From NCBI GenBank assembly GCA_039545335.1, contig BCIN01000004.1, forward strand, positions 1,292,925-1,356,924: a stretch of 64,000 nt of DNA, given 5' to 3'. This stretch comes from Kondoa subrosea. Taxonomy: Eukaryota. The position numbers and the translations under genes are program-made. This document shows positions 27,410-38,977 of the stretch, piece by piece (positions within the stretch are counted from its first letter, which is position 1; each line of letters starts with the position of its first letter). The notes beneath the pieces are model-generated. The model made no database searches and had not been told where the DNA came from. It saw only the letters and a program-made list of their open reading frames with translations.

Positions 27410-30400
27410 ATGCCGTCTACTTTGATGCGAACAAGAAGCTTAACTCGAGGTACTAATGGTAGGGGCCGTAATCAGCGAGGTGCCGCTGCTTCTCTGCGAA
27501 TCCCTTCAACCGTTTCCTCGGATGAATCAGATTCCATGACTTGCTCGAATTCCCGTCAAACTGCTGGTAACACAAGACCTACTAAACGAATGAAACAACA
27601 TCAAATCTTATCACCTGTCGCTGAAGCTCAATACGTTCAACAAGGGCAAGGCTCAAAACATCGCTCTTCTCTGCCTCAAATCAATCGACCTCCTAGTCCT
27701 CACAAACCTTTCAAAGTACATGATGATTCTCTTACTCTGCCAATCATTCAAAAAAGATCCGCTTCTTCATCAAATTTGGCGAAATTGAATACAGATAAAC
27801 AACCTACGCGTACCAACAAGCGAAAGCGTTCCTTTTCTGTCTCGTCGTCTTCTTCTGAATCGGATTCTGAAAACCAAGTTGTTCCATTGGCTAAAGATAA
27901 AGGAAAGCAGAAGTCAAAAGCCGTAGTAAAAGTGGATTCTGAGGAAGAGGCGGATGAAGATGAATTAGGTGATCCCGATGATCAGTTCTACTTGAATGAC
28001 GCAACCACTTCTCAATTAACACGATTGAGAAAAGACAAGTTGATCCAATTATATGAATTGCTCGATGGGAACGATGCACTGGATGACCCGAAGAGTCTAA
28101 CAAAGGATGCTCTAGTTGAATTCATCGTAGCATCAGTAAGCTCTTCGTGATATGGTTCTCTCTGCACTGACTGATCAATATTGAAACAGCGCTCGGACGT
28201 CTTGCCTTCAATCAAGAACTCGAAAACTTCTTCCCTTCGTTCTGCTATCTCCATGGTTGATATCAATGCACTACCCATCAAAGGAAGAGCACATACTCGA
28301 TCAATCTCTCTAGCTGAATTAGGTGGTCAAAGATTGAGGAATGGCAAAATGCGTCTATCGCTCGATTTAGGCAGACATGCTATCAAACCGATCTTGGATT
28401 TGGGAGAATCTGCTTCTGACGAGGATTATGAGGAAGAGGATGTAGTAATCAAAGAAGAAGACGAAGAAGAAAGCGAAGAAGAGGAAGATCAAGCGCCTAA
28501 GAGGGTTTTCAGACCTTTACCAAAACGAAAATCAGCTGTAGTGAAGACATTGAGAAGCGGTAGAATTGTTGAAGAAGAAGAAGCAGTGCAAGACGGTCAG
28601 GAAATCAGTATGGGAAAGATTGATCCGGAGGATCTGGATGCATCGGATTCGGATGAGCTGGACGACCATTCTGATGCGGGTAAGCAGCTGACTAAAAAGC
28701 TGACTAAATGTGCTCAATCAAGCATCAGGTGGCGCTATGGACATATCGATCATGCGGCAAGAAGAAGAGTCAGACGAAGACGAAAGCGATGAAGAAGCTG
28801 TTCCTAACATCGATTTGCGCAAAGAGACCCTAAAGTCGCTTCTGAGGCTCCGAAGAGATGATCTGGCCGCTTTATGCGCTAAATACGGGCTGGAAGAGCA
28901 AGTACTGAAGAAAGATCTGGCTCAAACTTTGCTTGATTATGTTAGTCATTGATCTCCTTTTCTCAATCGAGTGTTGACTAGGTTTGCAGGCTGCGCAACA
29001 AGAAGAAGACGATGAAGAATACGAGAATGACATCAGCTTCCGGCCAGCAGACCTCAGCATTGACACTTCAGCCGATTCAGCAGCAAGTTCTTCGTCCGAT
29101 GAAGAAGACAGCGATTGCAGCAGTCTTGACTCGCAGGATTCTCAGACTACTCGGAAACTACCAAGTGCTCGAACTCTGCAAGCTAGAGAAGAAACCAAAA
29201 CACAAGCTTTAGCTAAAGTCGATACCACTGTTCCAAAGAAAGCAGCGAAACCTCTTTTGCTTGATAGTCATCGACCTTCTCGGAAATCTAGACCTGAAGC
29301 AGCAGTGATTGAAGAAGAGGAAGCTGAAGAAGAAGTGGTTGCAATTCTAGATTTGGAAAGCCTTAATCTACAAGATAAGGCAATCGCTCCTGATCAGATC
29401 ACAAAGGGTGAGAAGATCGGCAGTGGAGGCTTCAAGGATGTGTGAGTGATGACTTGCGTCTTTGTTATACTAACTTAAACTGAAATTCAACTTTTCAGCT
29501 ACCGAGGCAAGTATCGGAATGTTCGAGTCGCTATCGCAGACATACGTAGCCACCTCAGCGAGAACGAGATCAAGGAACTCGGGCTGCTGCGCGATTTACG
29601 TCACGAGAACATAGTCAAGCTGATTGGCGTGGTTGCGTACGACGAAACAAGCGACATTCCCTGCTCTTTGGTCACTGAATTGTGCATGAATGGCGATTTG
29701 TTCGATTTCATGCGAGCGGACGCACCTGCTCCTTCGCTGGACAAGATTATCAAGATCGCTTTAGATATCGCAAAAGGCTTGGATTATTTGCATAACCGAA
29801 CGCCGAAGATTATTCATCGTGATATGAAGAGGTGAGTTTGCAATCGATACCTCAACTCTTCTGAAGGTTGTTCTAGCTCCAACGTCCTCATCACTGCTCG
29901 TGGAACAGCCAAAATCACAGATTTCGTATGTTCCCGTTCTACTTCCCTTCGCAGCGAAGCTGAAGCATAAATGAACAGGGTCTGGCTCGAGTCAAGAACA
30001 CAACTAGATCGGTCATCAAGAGTCTAGTCGGAACAGTCAATTGGCAGGCGCCCGAACTTTGGGTACCTCATCCCCGCTATAACGAAAAGGTGGACTGCTA
30101 TGCTGCGGGTCTAATCATCTGGGAAATGCTTCAATGGCATCATTCTGTCAAGAAGTGAGTGTTTTAGCCTTGTCCAATAATACATCGACTCATGTCTCAT
30201 TAGGTATCCCTTCGAGGGCATGAAGTGAGTTCCATCTGTAAGTATCAAATTGATATCACTAACCCTCCTTACAGCGAGCATGCTATCTACCAAGAAGTAG
30301 GACATAAGAATTATCGTCCTTCGACTGCTGGCATGGCTCAACAATGGAGTCCTGAAATCTTGGCTCTTGCAAAACGTCTTTGGGCTCAAATACCGTCCGA

Positions 30401-30464
30401 GCGTCCTACTATGTCAGAAGCGATGGTCGACCTACAACGTATGCTGGCCTCACGAAAGAAGTAG
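27410..30464 (+). CDS. TKL-like protein kinase with long acidic/disordered N-terminus containing two SAP-like helical repeats
   Basis: GSGGFKDVY, HENIVKLIG, HRDMKSSN, DFG, GTVNWQAPE and KVDCYAAG across exons. N-terminal repeats LTRLRKDKLIQLYE and LLRLRRDDLAALCAKYGL. Confidence 0.9.
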
Positions 30465-30570
30465 ACTGTCTCTTCCCTTATCGTTCCGTTGTGTACTTTT
30501 CATCTCTTTTGTAAACCTCGCATACTTTACATGTACACGTATCATCTCTTTGCATTATTCATACTACTTA

Positions 30571-30950
30571 TCATCCATCTAGTAACAGTGCTTGCAAACA
30601 CGATTCATAAATCTGCTTCTCGACTTCAGCCAGTTTGCTTGTGCTGCTTATTTGTTCCAATCTAGCCATTTGTCCTGAAAGGTATTGCAAGAGCTCTTGC
30701 GATTGATCTGCCTTCCTTTGCGGATCCCCTTCTTTGCTCGTCGCTTGCTGCAATCCGTCTAACAAGGATCTCACATCTGAAGTTGAAGGCTGGTGAGCGG
30801 TTTCGCGTTGCCAAAGCGCGTCATATTCTCTTAACAACTGCAAGAGCTCTGCTGGAAGGCTATTTGTAGCGCGCCGAGCGGGAATAGGTCGATCTTCTTG
30901 ATTGTTTTCCGTAAGCCGTCTCTTTCCTTTCCTACTTGTGCTATATCTTC
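30571..30950 (-). CDS. Small hypothetical helical protein
   Basis: Open frame KRRLTENNQEDRPIPARRATNSLPAELLQLLREYDALWQ...LLLDG*. Start exon not resolved. Confidence 0.4.
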
Positions 30951-31132
30951 ACAAGTAAGAAAGGGATCATAAACTTGTCACAGCAGAACTCCCCTGTCAA
31001 CAGCTTCCCATTGCATTGATGTGGCCTTTGATGAACTAAATATCGATGAATAAAACAAGAATTATTTATGCATACATCGATGCAGCTCCTTTCTAATACT
31101 TTCAACACCTGCTGTGGTGTTGAAATTCAATG

Positions 31133-33422
31133 TCAAGTTTGATTGCCCGCTCGCGCTGCTTTGAATCTGCTCTGTTTATGAGATTGCAATCGCTAACGAG
31201 ACAAAGTGGTTCTGACCTCGACATCTTCTTCGGCGGGTTTGCTGCCTGATCTGCCGTCTTCGGGATTGCACTGAGCTCAGGAGCAGCAATCTCCAGAACC
31301 TCGCTCTTGACAGCCTGCGAATCGGCCTTTTGCGCTGGCTCTTTAGCTACGACCTCTTGGTTCCTATCGTAAACGTTCGTCGAACCCATCTTGAGTCGTT
31401 CCAACCGTTCCTCAATGATCCGTTGATCTTCCGCATCGTATTTGTACCCGTTGATAGGTAGATCAGTAACGACATCGCCAGGTTTGAGGTTTTGCTGTTG
31501 GAGAAGAGTAGGTACTACCATGCTCGCTACGTCTAGCGGACCAGCACGAAATCGAGATGCTCGAGTAGATGAAGAAGATCCATCTTCTCGAATTGAAGAA
31601 TCAGACGAGACCATCTATTCGAAGCATCAGGCGAACATTTTTGTCGGCAGAAAGTATGTAAACTTACCTCTTGATTCGAAGCGAAGTTCTTATCCTGACC
31701 AGAAAGCTGGAACCTTTTCTTGTGATACTCCAAAGCCAATTCCCGACTAAGCAATAAATCATCAATATGAGTTCCTTCCTCCTCTGCGTCGGATTCTTCT
31801 TCGTCACTTATATGATAACCATCATTCTCATTCTCTTCTTCCACATCCGAAAACTCCTCCTCCTCCTCCTCTTCTTCTTCTTCTTCTTCTAGATCTTTCC
31901 GTGTAATAGTATATGAATCAGAAGGTACAGGTGTCTCTCGCTCAGTGACAGCTTCTCGTACAGCAGGACTTGACTTTGGCTGATTTGTAGTACTTGAAGC
32001 AGAAGCAGTACTGAGGGGCGAAGTCGTGTCCTTTTCCATTACCATATCTCGCACGCCCGGAGTCTTTCGTGGTGGTTGAGTATTACTCTGAGATTCTATT
32101 TTCGTTGTCGTTGACAGAGGAGCTGTAGGAGGTATAGGAGGTATCGACTCCTTCCTCAAAACAGAGTCTTTAACAGCAGGTTTCATTTCTTTCATTGACT
32201 TCGACCCAGAAATAAGAGTTGAGGCAGTCGGTGTATTCTCTACTACTCTTTCTCTGATAGGTCTGATCAGACCCATTGATACAGAAGCAGATGAAGAAGG
32301 TTCTTGAGCGGTTTTGGTATTTGAATCAAAGGAAACTGATTTCTTCTCTTTTCCTTTTCCTTTCACATCTTCTTTCACATCACTAAGAGGAGGAGAAGAT
32401 GATTTCAAGCTTGATTTCCTCTTTGCTTCTTTCACTTCTTTAGCTAAAGTTCTAGCTCGATCATCTTCTTCTTCTTCGTCATCTTCGGAATTGGATGACG
32501 AGGAAGAACCGGACTCATACACTGCTGGCTCCGTGTGTATTGGTTGGGAAGCTAATTCTGATTCTTCCTGCAACGTTTCTTTAATATCTTCTTCCTCTTC
32601 ATCTTCTAGTTCATCAAAGAGATGAGCATATTTCTGAAGTCCAGAAGAACCTGATAATCTGTTAATTGCAGCTAACTATATGTATGAGCAGATGACGCAC
32701 TCAACGACTGAGATAAAGCAGGTTTCAATGTTGCGATAGTTTGTGTAGGCTTCCGCAAAGGTATTTGATCTGCCTCTTCCATCTCCTGAATATCGCATAT
32801 TGCTAGTCCTTCATCATTGATGACCTGCTCATATACTCGGTACTCTGAATAGCGGCGAAGGTAAGATAGCAAGCACACCTCATCTTTCGCATTGACTGTC
32901 CAACCATCTGGTAAGCCCATTTCTTTACCAACGAGTGGATCAAGACGTTTGAGATGCTCTTGTAGTTCATTGATCCGTTGCTCAACATCTCCCATTCACT
33001 TCAGCTTAAAGCTTAGTAAGCAGACATTGTTCGTTATAACATACCGATTCTTCTCCGTTTAGCTAATCCAGCAGCTTGTGCCGCGCTGTACTCGACTATA
33101 TAGTCTTCTCCTAATCGGACGTTTATCGTATTCGTGTGCACTAGTTGACCAGGCATGAAAGCTAATGAGCCAAACGGAACCTATCACTCGTCGCATCAGA
33201 TCCCTATGCCAACGATGTTATGTCGCCAGAGCTGACCATAACGGACCATCTAGGTTCTTCTGTCAAACCATTAAGCCTAACTTCAAGCTGCTCTAATTTC
33301 TGTTTCGTTTCCTGATTGTAAGTGAGATGGGAATGCAATGAATGCAATTGCTGTAAGAGTGCTTGCTGGGTATATGTTGAAGGGGTAACTCGGACTGCTT
33401 GTAAGGCAGCATCGTCGTCCAT
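31133..33422 (-). CDS. BUD27: Unconventional prefoldin RPB5 interactor (Bud27/URI)
   Basis: Alpha-prefoldin core VPFGSLAFMPGQLVHTNTINVRLGEDYIVE; NDEGLAICDIQE motif; acidic tract; ELALEYHKKR; spliced C-terminal KKMSRFKAAR (URI box). Confidence 0.85.
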
Positions 33423-33465
33423 ATTTTCACTTGACTCTTTCACACGGTTGATCAAGAGCAAGCAA
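33423..33465. promoter_or_regulatory. 43-bp spacer between the divergent BUD27 and ARG4 start codons (bidirectional promoter or overlapping 5' UTRs)
   Basis: CAT at 33420-33422 (MDDDAAL, minus strand) and ATG at 33466-33468 ([16 protein letters not shown], plus strand). Confidence 0.65.
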
Positions 33466-35154
33466 ATGACAAACGAAACGAAAGCTACTAAATCTCTATG
33501 GGGCGGTAGATTTACTGGATCCATTGATCCTCTGTTAGTTACTTCCCTGTCGCGTAGATGTCCCGCGAGATACTGACTTGGCACACTTTCTAACAAAATT
33601 TCATAGAATGCATGAATTCAATCAATCCTTCTCTTATGATAAGCGAATGTACAAAGCAGACATTATTGGAAGTCAAGCTTATGCACTTGGATTGGTTGAC
33701 GCTGGAATCCTCACTCAGACAGAGCAGAAAGTGAGTTGCCCCAAGTACATCTAGTTTAGTAACATGAGGACTGATCAAGAGGGACAAATAGCAAATCCAT
33801 GATGGTCTAGAAACAATACTTAAAGAATGGGAGACCAATAAATTTGTCGCTCATGAAACAGACGAAGATATTCATACAGCAAACGAACGTAGACTGAACG
33901 AGTTGATTGGTACTGTTGCTGGGAAATTGCACACCGGTCGATCAAGGAACGATCAAGTAGCAACGGATATGCGATTATGGATGCTTGAAGAAGTTGAATC
34001 TTTGCGCAAGATCTTGATTTCCCTTATCGGAGTCCTGGCTTCAAGAGCCGAGTCAGAAATCGAACACATCATGCCTGGCTATACTCATCTGCAGGTGAGT
34101 TACTTGGTTGGTTTGATGTTGAGGACATTACTCAAGGTGAGACATTTGTAGCGAGCTCAACCAGTTCGATGGTCGCACTTCCTTCTCTCCCATACGGCAG
34201 CACTACTATCCGATCTCTCTCGGTTGAACTCCTTTATTCCACGGATCTCAGTCATGCCATTAGGATCAGGACCAATGGCAGGAAATCCTTTCGGTTGGCC
34301 TAGAGAAAGAATCGCTCAACACCTCAACTTCCAATCCATCTCACTCAATTCAATGCATGCAGTAGCAGATAGAGATTTCGTTGCTGAATTCTTATTCTGG
34401 TCTTCAATGATTATGCTACACGTTTCAAAATTCTCTGAAGATTTAATCATTTATTCTTCTGCTGAATTTGGTTTCTTGACTTTATCGGACGCTTATTCAA
34501 CTGGAAGTTCAATCATGCCACAAAAGAAGAATGCGGACTCGCTAGAATTGTTGAGAGGGAAAAGTGGAAGAACTTTTGGTCAATTGGCTGGTTTCATGAT
34601 GACGCTTAAAGGAGTGCCTTCTACATACGATAAAGATTTACAAGAGGATAAAGAACCTTTGTTTGATGCTGCCGACACTTTGAGTAGGTGTTTGAGGATT
34701 TTGGAAGGAGTTGTAGCTACAATGAGGGTCGGCTTTCTAGCTCATTCCTCAGTGTGTTCTGTGGCTCAGAGACTAAACAGATCTACCCCGAAAACATGAA
34801 GAAAGCTTTAACACCAGATTTACTAGCTACAGATCTAGCTGAATACTTGGTTCGAAAAGGGGTGAGCAGTATTTGTCTCGTACTTGACGCTCTTCTGATT
34901 AAATATTACAGATTCCCTTCCGACAAACACATCACATTTCAGGCTCTTGCGTTCGTCTAGCAGAAGAAACTGGCGTTTCCCTTTCCGAACTCACCTTGAA
35001 GCAATTACAATCCATTTCACCTGATTTCGGTGAAGACACAGTGAAAGAAGTCTTTGATTTCGAAAAGAGTGTGGAGAGGAAAGATGTTTATGGTGGACCG
35101 GCTAAGAAGAGGGTTCTGGAACAGGTTGAGGCGATCAGGAAGGCGATTGCATAA
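33466..35154 (+). CDS. ARG4: Argininosuccinate lyase
   Basis: [42 protein letters not shown], signature [17 protein letters not shown] and [10 protein letters not shown]. Confidence 0.98.
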
Positions 35155-35634
35155 GAGAATAGAAGCAAGACTGAAATTCAATAATCGATTCCTACTGACT
35201 ATGATACATTGCGCGGACATGTTGACAGCGGTCCGGGACAGAACGTCGGAAACGGTCAGATCACGTTTGCATTGATGATATCTCGCCAACTAAGACTGGC
35301 AATCTTTCAGTCAAGCATTGCGCAAGCAAAACTCGAAGTCCCGTGTAGCATCAGATTAACTCTACTGCATTATTACTGATATTTCAATCCAAGAGAAATG
35401 GAAAACTACTATATGACGCCCGTTTATCTACACATACAGAGGGGAGATGATGATAAAAGAGTCCGAGGTGGGATCTAAACGAGCGTGTTGTGTTTTTTGA
35501 GTAGAAGGAGCAGCCCATAAGAGCAGAGGAAGTTGGTTCAGCGAGCAGCTGCGTTGTTATTGTTGTTATTGCTAAGAAGAAGGACCTCGCGGTTGAGAGC
35601 TTGTTCGAGATAAGGTGAGAGGGAAGTGAGTTTC

Positions 35635-37313
35635 TTACTTCTTTTGCGTGAAGTGCACCTGTTCACAAACAAGTCAGCTTCATAGAACGAATGGCTCGAG
35701 TAAAGCAAAGAGCAACGAACAGCTAAACCAATAGCAATAGCGGCCACTATTTTACCCGATCAGAGTTGCATTCGAAAGTCAACAGAAATACTCACGAATG
35801 ACAAGGATGATAATGAAGCAAATCCATCTCTTCTTTCTAGCAGCTCGAGCAGATTTGACTGCTTTACCCATTTGTTTCTCCCTAATTTATTGGATACATT
35901 AGACGTATACATCTATAGCAATTCAGAGCACGCACGCATCCTGCATAGTAGTTTCCGCTTCATTCGCTTTCGCTTCAACAGCCAGTAAAGCAGGTTCTTG
36001 TTCATCAACCATAGTAGCCATCTATCCTCTTTCAAATGAGCAATGCATCACATGTGCTGAAGTAATTCGAAAAGACGAACATCATTGAACATTTGAGCCA
36101 GTTCAGTAATAGTGCTTTCAATTTTGAGAATTTCTTGATGACGATCTTGAACTTCTTTGTACGCTGCTCGAGCATCTCCATATCGATTAGAATTCAACAA
36201 CTGTGTTTTATCCTTTCAATCAGGAGTTCAGCTGGACAGGACAAAGAATCACTGACAGCTTGCTCAAAGATTCGATTTCCACCAGAACCCATGTTATCAT
36301 CAATAGCAGCAGAAACTTCTTCTTGAGTCGCATCAGGTTTCACAATCTTGTATTGCCTTTCCATACGCTGTTTGTGCTTTTTGCGAGAATCTTGTTCTAC
36401 AGTTTGATATCTTTGAATAGCTTCCATGAATCTGCCCGCCTTACTAAATAAGCATTCATCTTGAAAAGGAAGGGATTTGCACGCACCGAGATTTAATAGC
36501 CCCGATCTGTTGTTTCCTGACATTGGTATTTGGATCTCTAGGATCTCTCTTAGCCGTCTGAGATTCCAAACGTTTGATTGCTTTCTTTAAATTGTTGGAA
36601 AGTGAACGAGTATCTTGAGTTAAAGCAGACAAATGTTGAGTAACAGCTGAATGTTCTTGTTCGTTTGCAACAGCACCCAATTGTCTAGTGTGCAATTCCC
36701 CAATTCTCGCAATATTGTCATTCAATTCTCTTGTAGCTTTTTGAATATCTTCAATCTAAACACCCATTGTATAATGATGAGGGTTGTGTTCAGGATCAGA
36801 AGAATTGCAAAGCACGAACCTCGTTAAAGAAAGCAGTCTCATCATCCATTCCACCACCTTGTTGCTGTTGTCCATATGGTTGCTGAGGTGCAGCATACTG
36901 AGATTGACCGTAACCTCCTTGCTGCTGTTGCTGCTGAGAAGACTGAGATGAATATTGAGGTTGCTCGTATCTAGGGATGTTTGGATTTTGGGGTGTAGGC
37001 AAAGTAGGAGCTGGAGCAGTGAAACCACCTGGACCTCTTTGATCTGGTATTTGACCATAAGATTGAGATTGAGCTGGGTACGAAGGTCTGAACAGTTGCA
37101 AAAGGGGGAGTCTCGAAGTCAGCTTCTATAGCTACGCCCAAATGTAGGAATAAAGACTGACTCTCTGGTTGGGTATCCTTGCTGAGGTGATTGTCCATAA
37201 CCTCCTTGACCGCCCTGACAGATCTGATAAGCATTCTCGCGCGACATGGCAGAAAGATTGAAATCCAAACGAACTTCTTGCCCTCGTCGAGCTGCTAATC
37301 TGTCTCTGGCCAT
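35635..37313 (-). CDS. SSO1: Plasma-membrane syntaxin (Qa-SNARE, Sso1/2-like)
   Basis: N-peptide MARDRLAA; Habc helices; RMERQYKIVKPDATQEEV; SNARE helix; SARAARKKRWICFIIIL TM anchor. Confidence 0.9.
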
Positions 37314-37843
37314 GGTTTGTATAAGGATTAAAAAGGAGAGTAGTAGGGTTGCAAGGCCTCTGAAAGATCAGAAGGGACGGTAGTTCAGGTTGAAATAAGC
37401 AGAGCGTCGCCTCGCAAGGAGAAGGCGAGGAGTTCGGTTATCTCGGACGATGACACCTGTCAGCTCAGTCTTTCTCTTCTGATAGCTATGTATGACTGCC
37501 CGCAGCTTCAAATGCTCAATCGTCTGCGTTCTGGTCCTGCTTTGCAGTTTTCACGATCTTGTTTCATCTGTCTGTCGGGTTCTCGCTCTCAAGTAGTTGA
37601 GATTCTCTGTTGCACAGTTTCGCCTACTCGTACATCATTATATTCTCCGTTGAAAGCGCCTCTCATGCGATATCTTCTTTTATACTTGGCTTCTGTTCTC
37701 TTCTTTCTTGACTTTGCTCGGGTCAGTGCTTGAGCTTCACGTCGAGCCATTCTTATACCGGTACAGAACTGATGTTCGACGTAACGTATCGTCTCAGTGC
37801 TAATTCTACCTCAATCCCTCAATTCGAATTCCAAACGACTACT

Positions 37844-38792
37844 TTAATTCAGCTTCTCTGCAATATACTTCTCCCAATCATCTTTGGTAAAGCTGGATGA
37901 GATAGTCGGGTCCACCAATCCGGATAACAGAACTGTTGGTGAGACATGAATGCTATTCTGGCGGGAATAACGTAAGGTAGTTTTCAGATGACCCGTCATC
38001 TGTTATTTCAAGCAATTCATCATTAACAAGCTTACACTGGATAGATATTGCTACGAGCGAACCTTGTTGCCTCCGTGCGGCGCTTTCGGATCGAAAGCAA
38101 GCCTGATGAAGAGAATCAGATTGGTCAGAAATCTTAGCTGAAACGAGCTTACAAGCTCGACATTTCTTGTCGATCCACTCCAGCAACCTCTTCAGCTAAT
38201 GCAGCTAAACGGTCTCGAATTGAAGTTATAGTTTCCTACAAGGAGCATCTCTCAGATGCATTCGAGATCAAGCGGAAGGGGTCGCAAATTCACATCATAG
38301 ACTCTTGAATCTAGGTACTCTTCTCGATGACGGAATAGCTCGAAACTGTAGTCCCAGAACTTGTCTGGTTTGAGGATGGCTACGGCCAATGCACTGCATC
38401 GATCTTTAAGAACCCAGCCAATCAGTAAACGTTGAGTAAACCTACGCTTCATGCAGAGTTGCAGATGCACCACTACGTTTTCATTGAGCAAGCAAACACT
38501 ACGGTACATCGTGCATCGGCTTACAACCATGGTTGTACTTGATGTCTGAAGATGATTGACACTTGATCCGTGTCTTTGATCAATGGTAGCAGATACTCCT
38601 CAATTCCTTTAGCTTGTTTCGCGCTAAAAACACAGACATAATCAAGACTGCAAAGAAACAGACACAGACACAAAAGCAGATGAGACTTCGAACGAATCGC
38701 TCCCAGAGCCAAACTGACAAGAATTCGAGAGTATATTTAGAGGAAGGATTACCAATACGATGAGAGGTTGCGAAAGCTGGCGGAAGAGCCAT
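37844..38792 (-). CDS. Thioredoxin/DsbA-fold protein, Pxp2(YJR111C)-like
   Basis: MALPPAF...TLEFL/DYVCVFSAK (CxxS), IIFRHQVQPW, FWDYSFELF, HVSPTVL and ISSSFTKDDW across many short exons. Confidence 0.75.
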
Positions 38793-38977
38793 TATAGACT
38801 ATTTGACAAAGCACTGAATGATGGTGGAAGAAGAATCTTTGCTCATCAATTCGCAAGTTGGTCCCAAACATTGATTAGGATCTTCGCCTTTACCTGACCC
38901 TGCCACATTACTCTGCGCCTCTACAAATCTTGAGCTCTTTCTCGTGAACCGCGTTCTTTCCCCGGATTTTGGTTGTC

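Noticed and set aside
31100..31125. 10-bp perfect hairpin a few nt downstream of the BUD27 stop (possible readthrough element or terminator)
   Set aside because: A second in-frame TGA follows after one codon. Intrinsic terminators do not apply to Pol II genes, and a stem this short can be chance.
31790..31890. (TCC)n/(TTC)n trinucleotide runs
   Set aside because: They encode the poly-Glu tract of Bud27 and are not an independent repeat element.
32314..32625. Plus-strand ORF containing SLRGG
   Set aside because: Antisense shadow of the S/P/K-rich BUD27 exon. There is no evidence it is a gene, so it is not a second RLRGG site.
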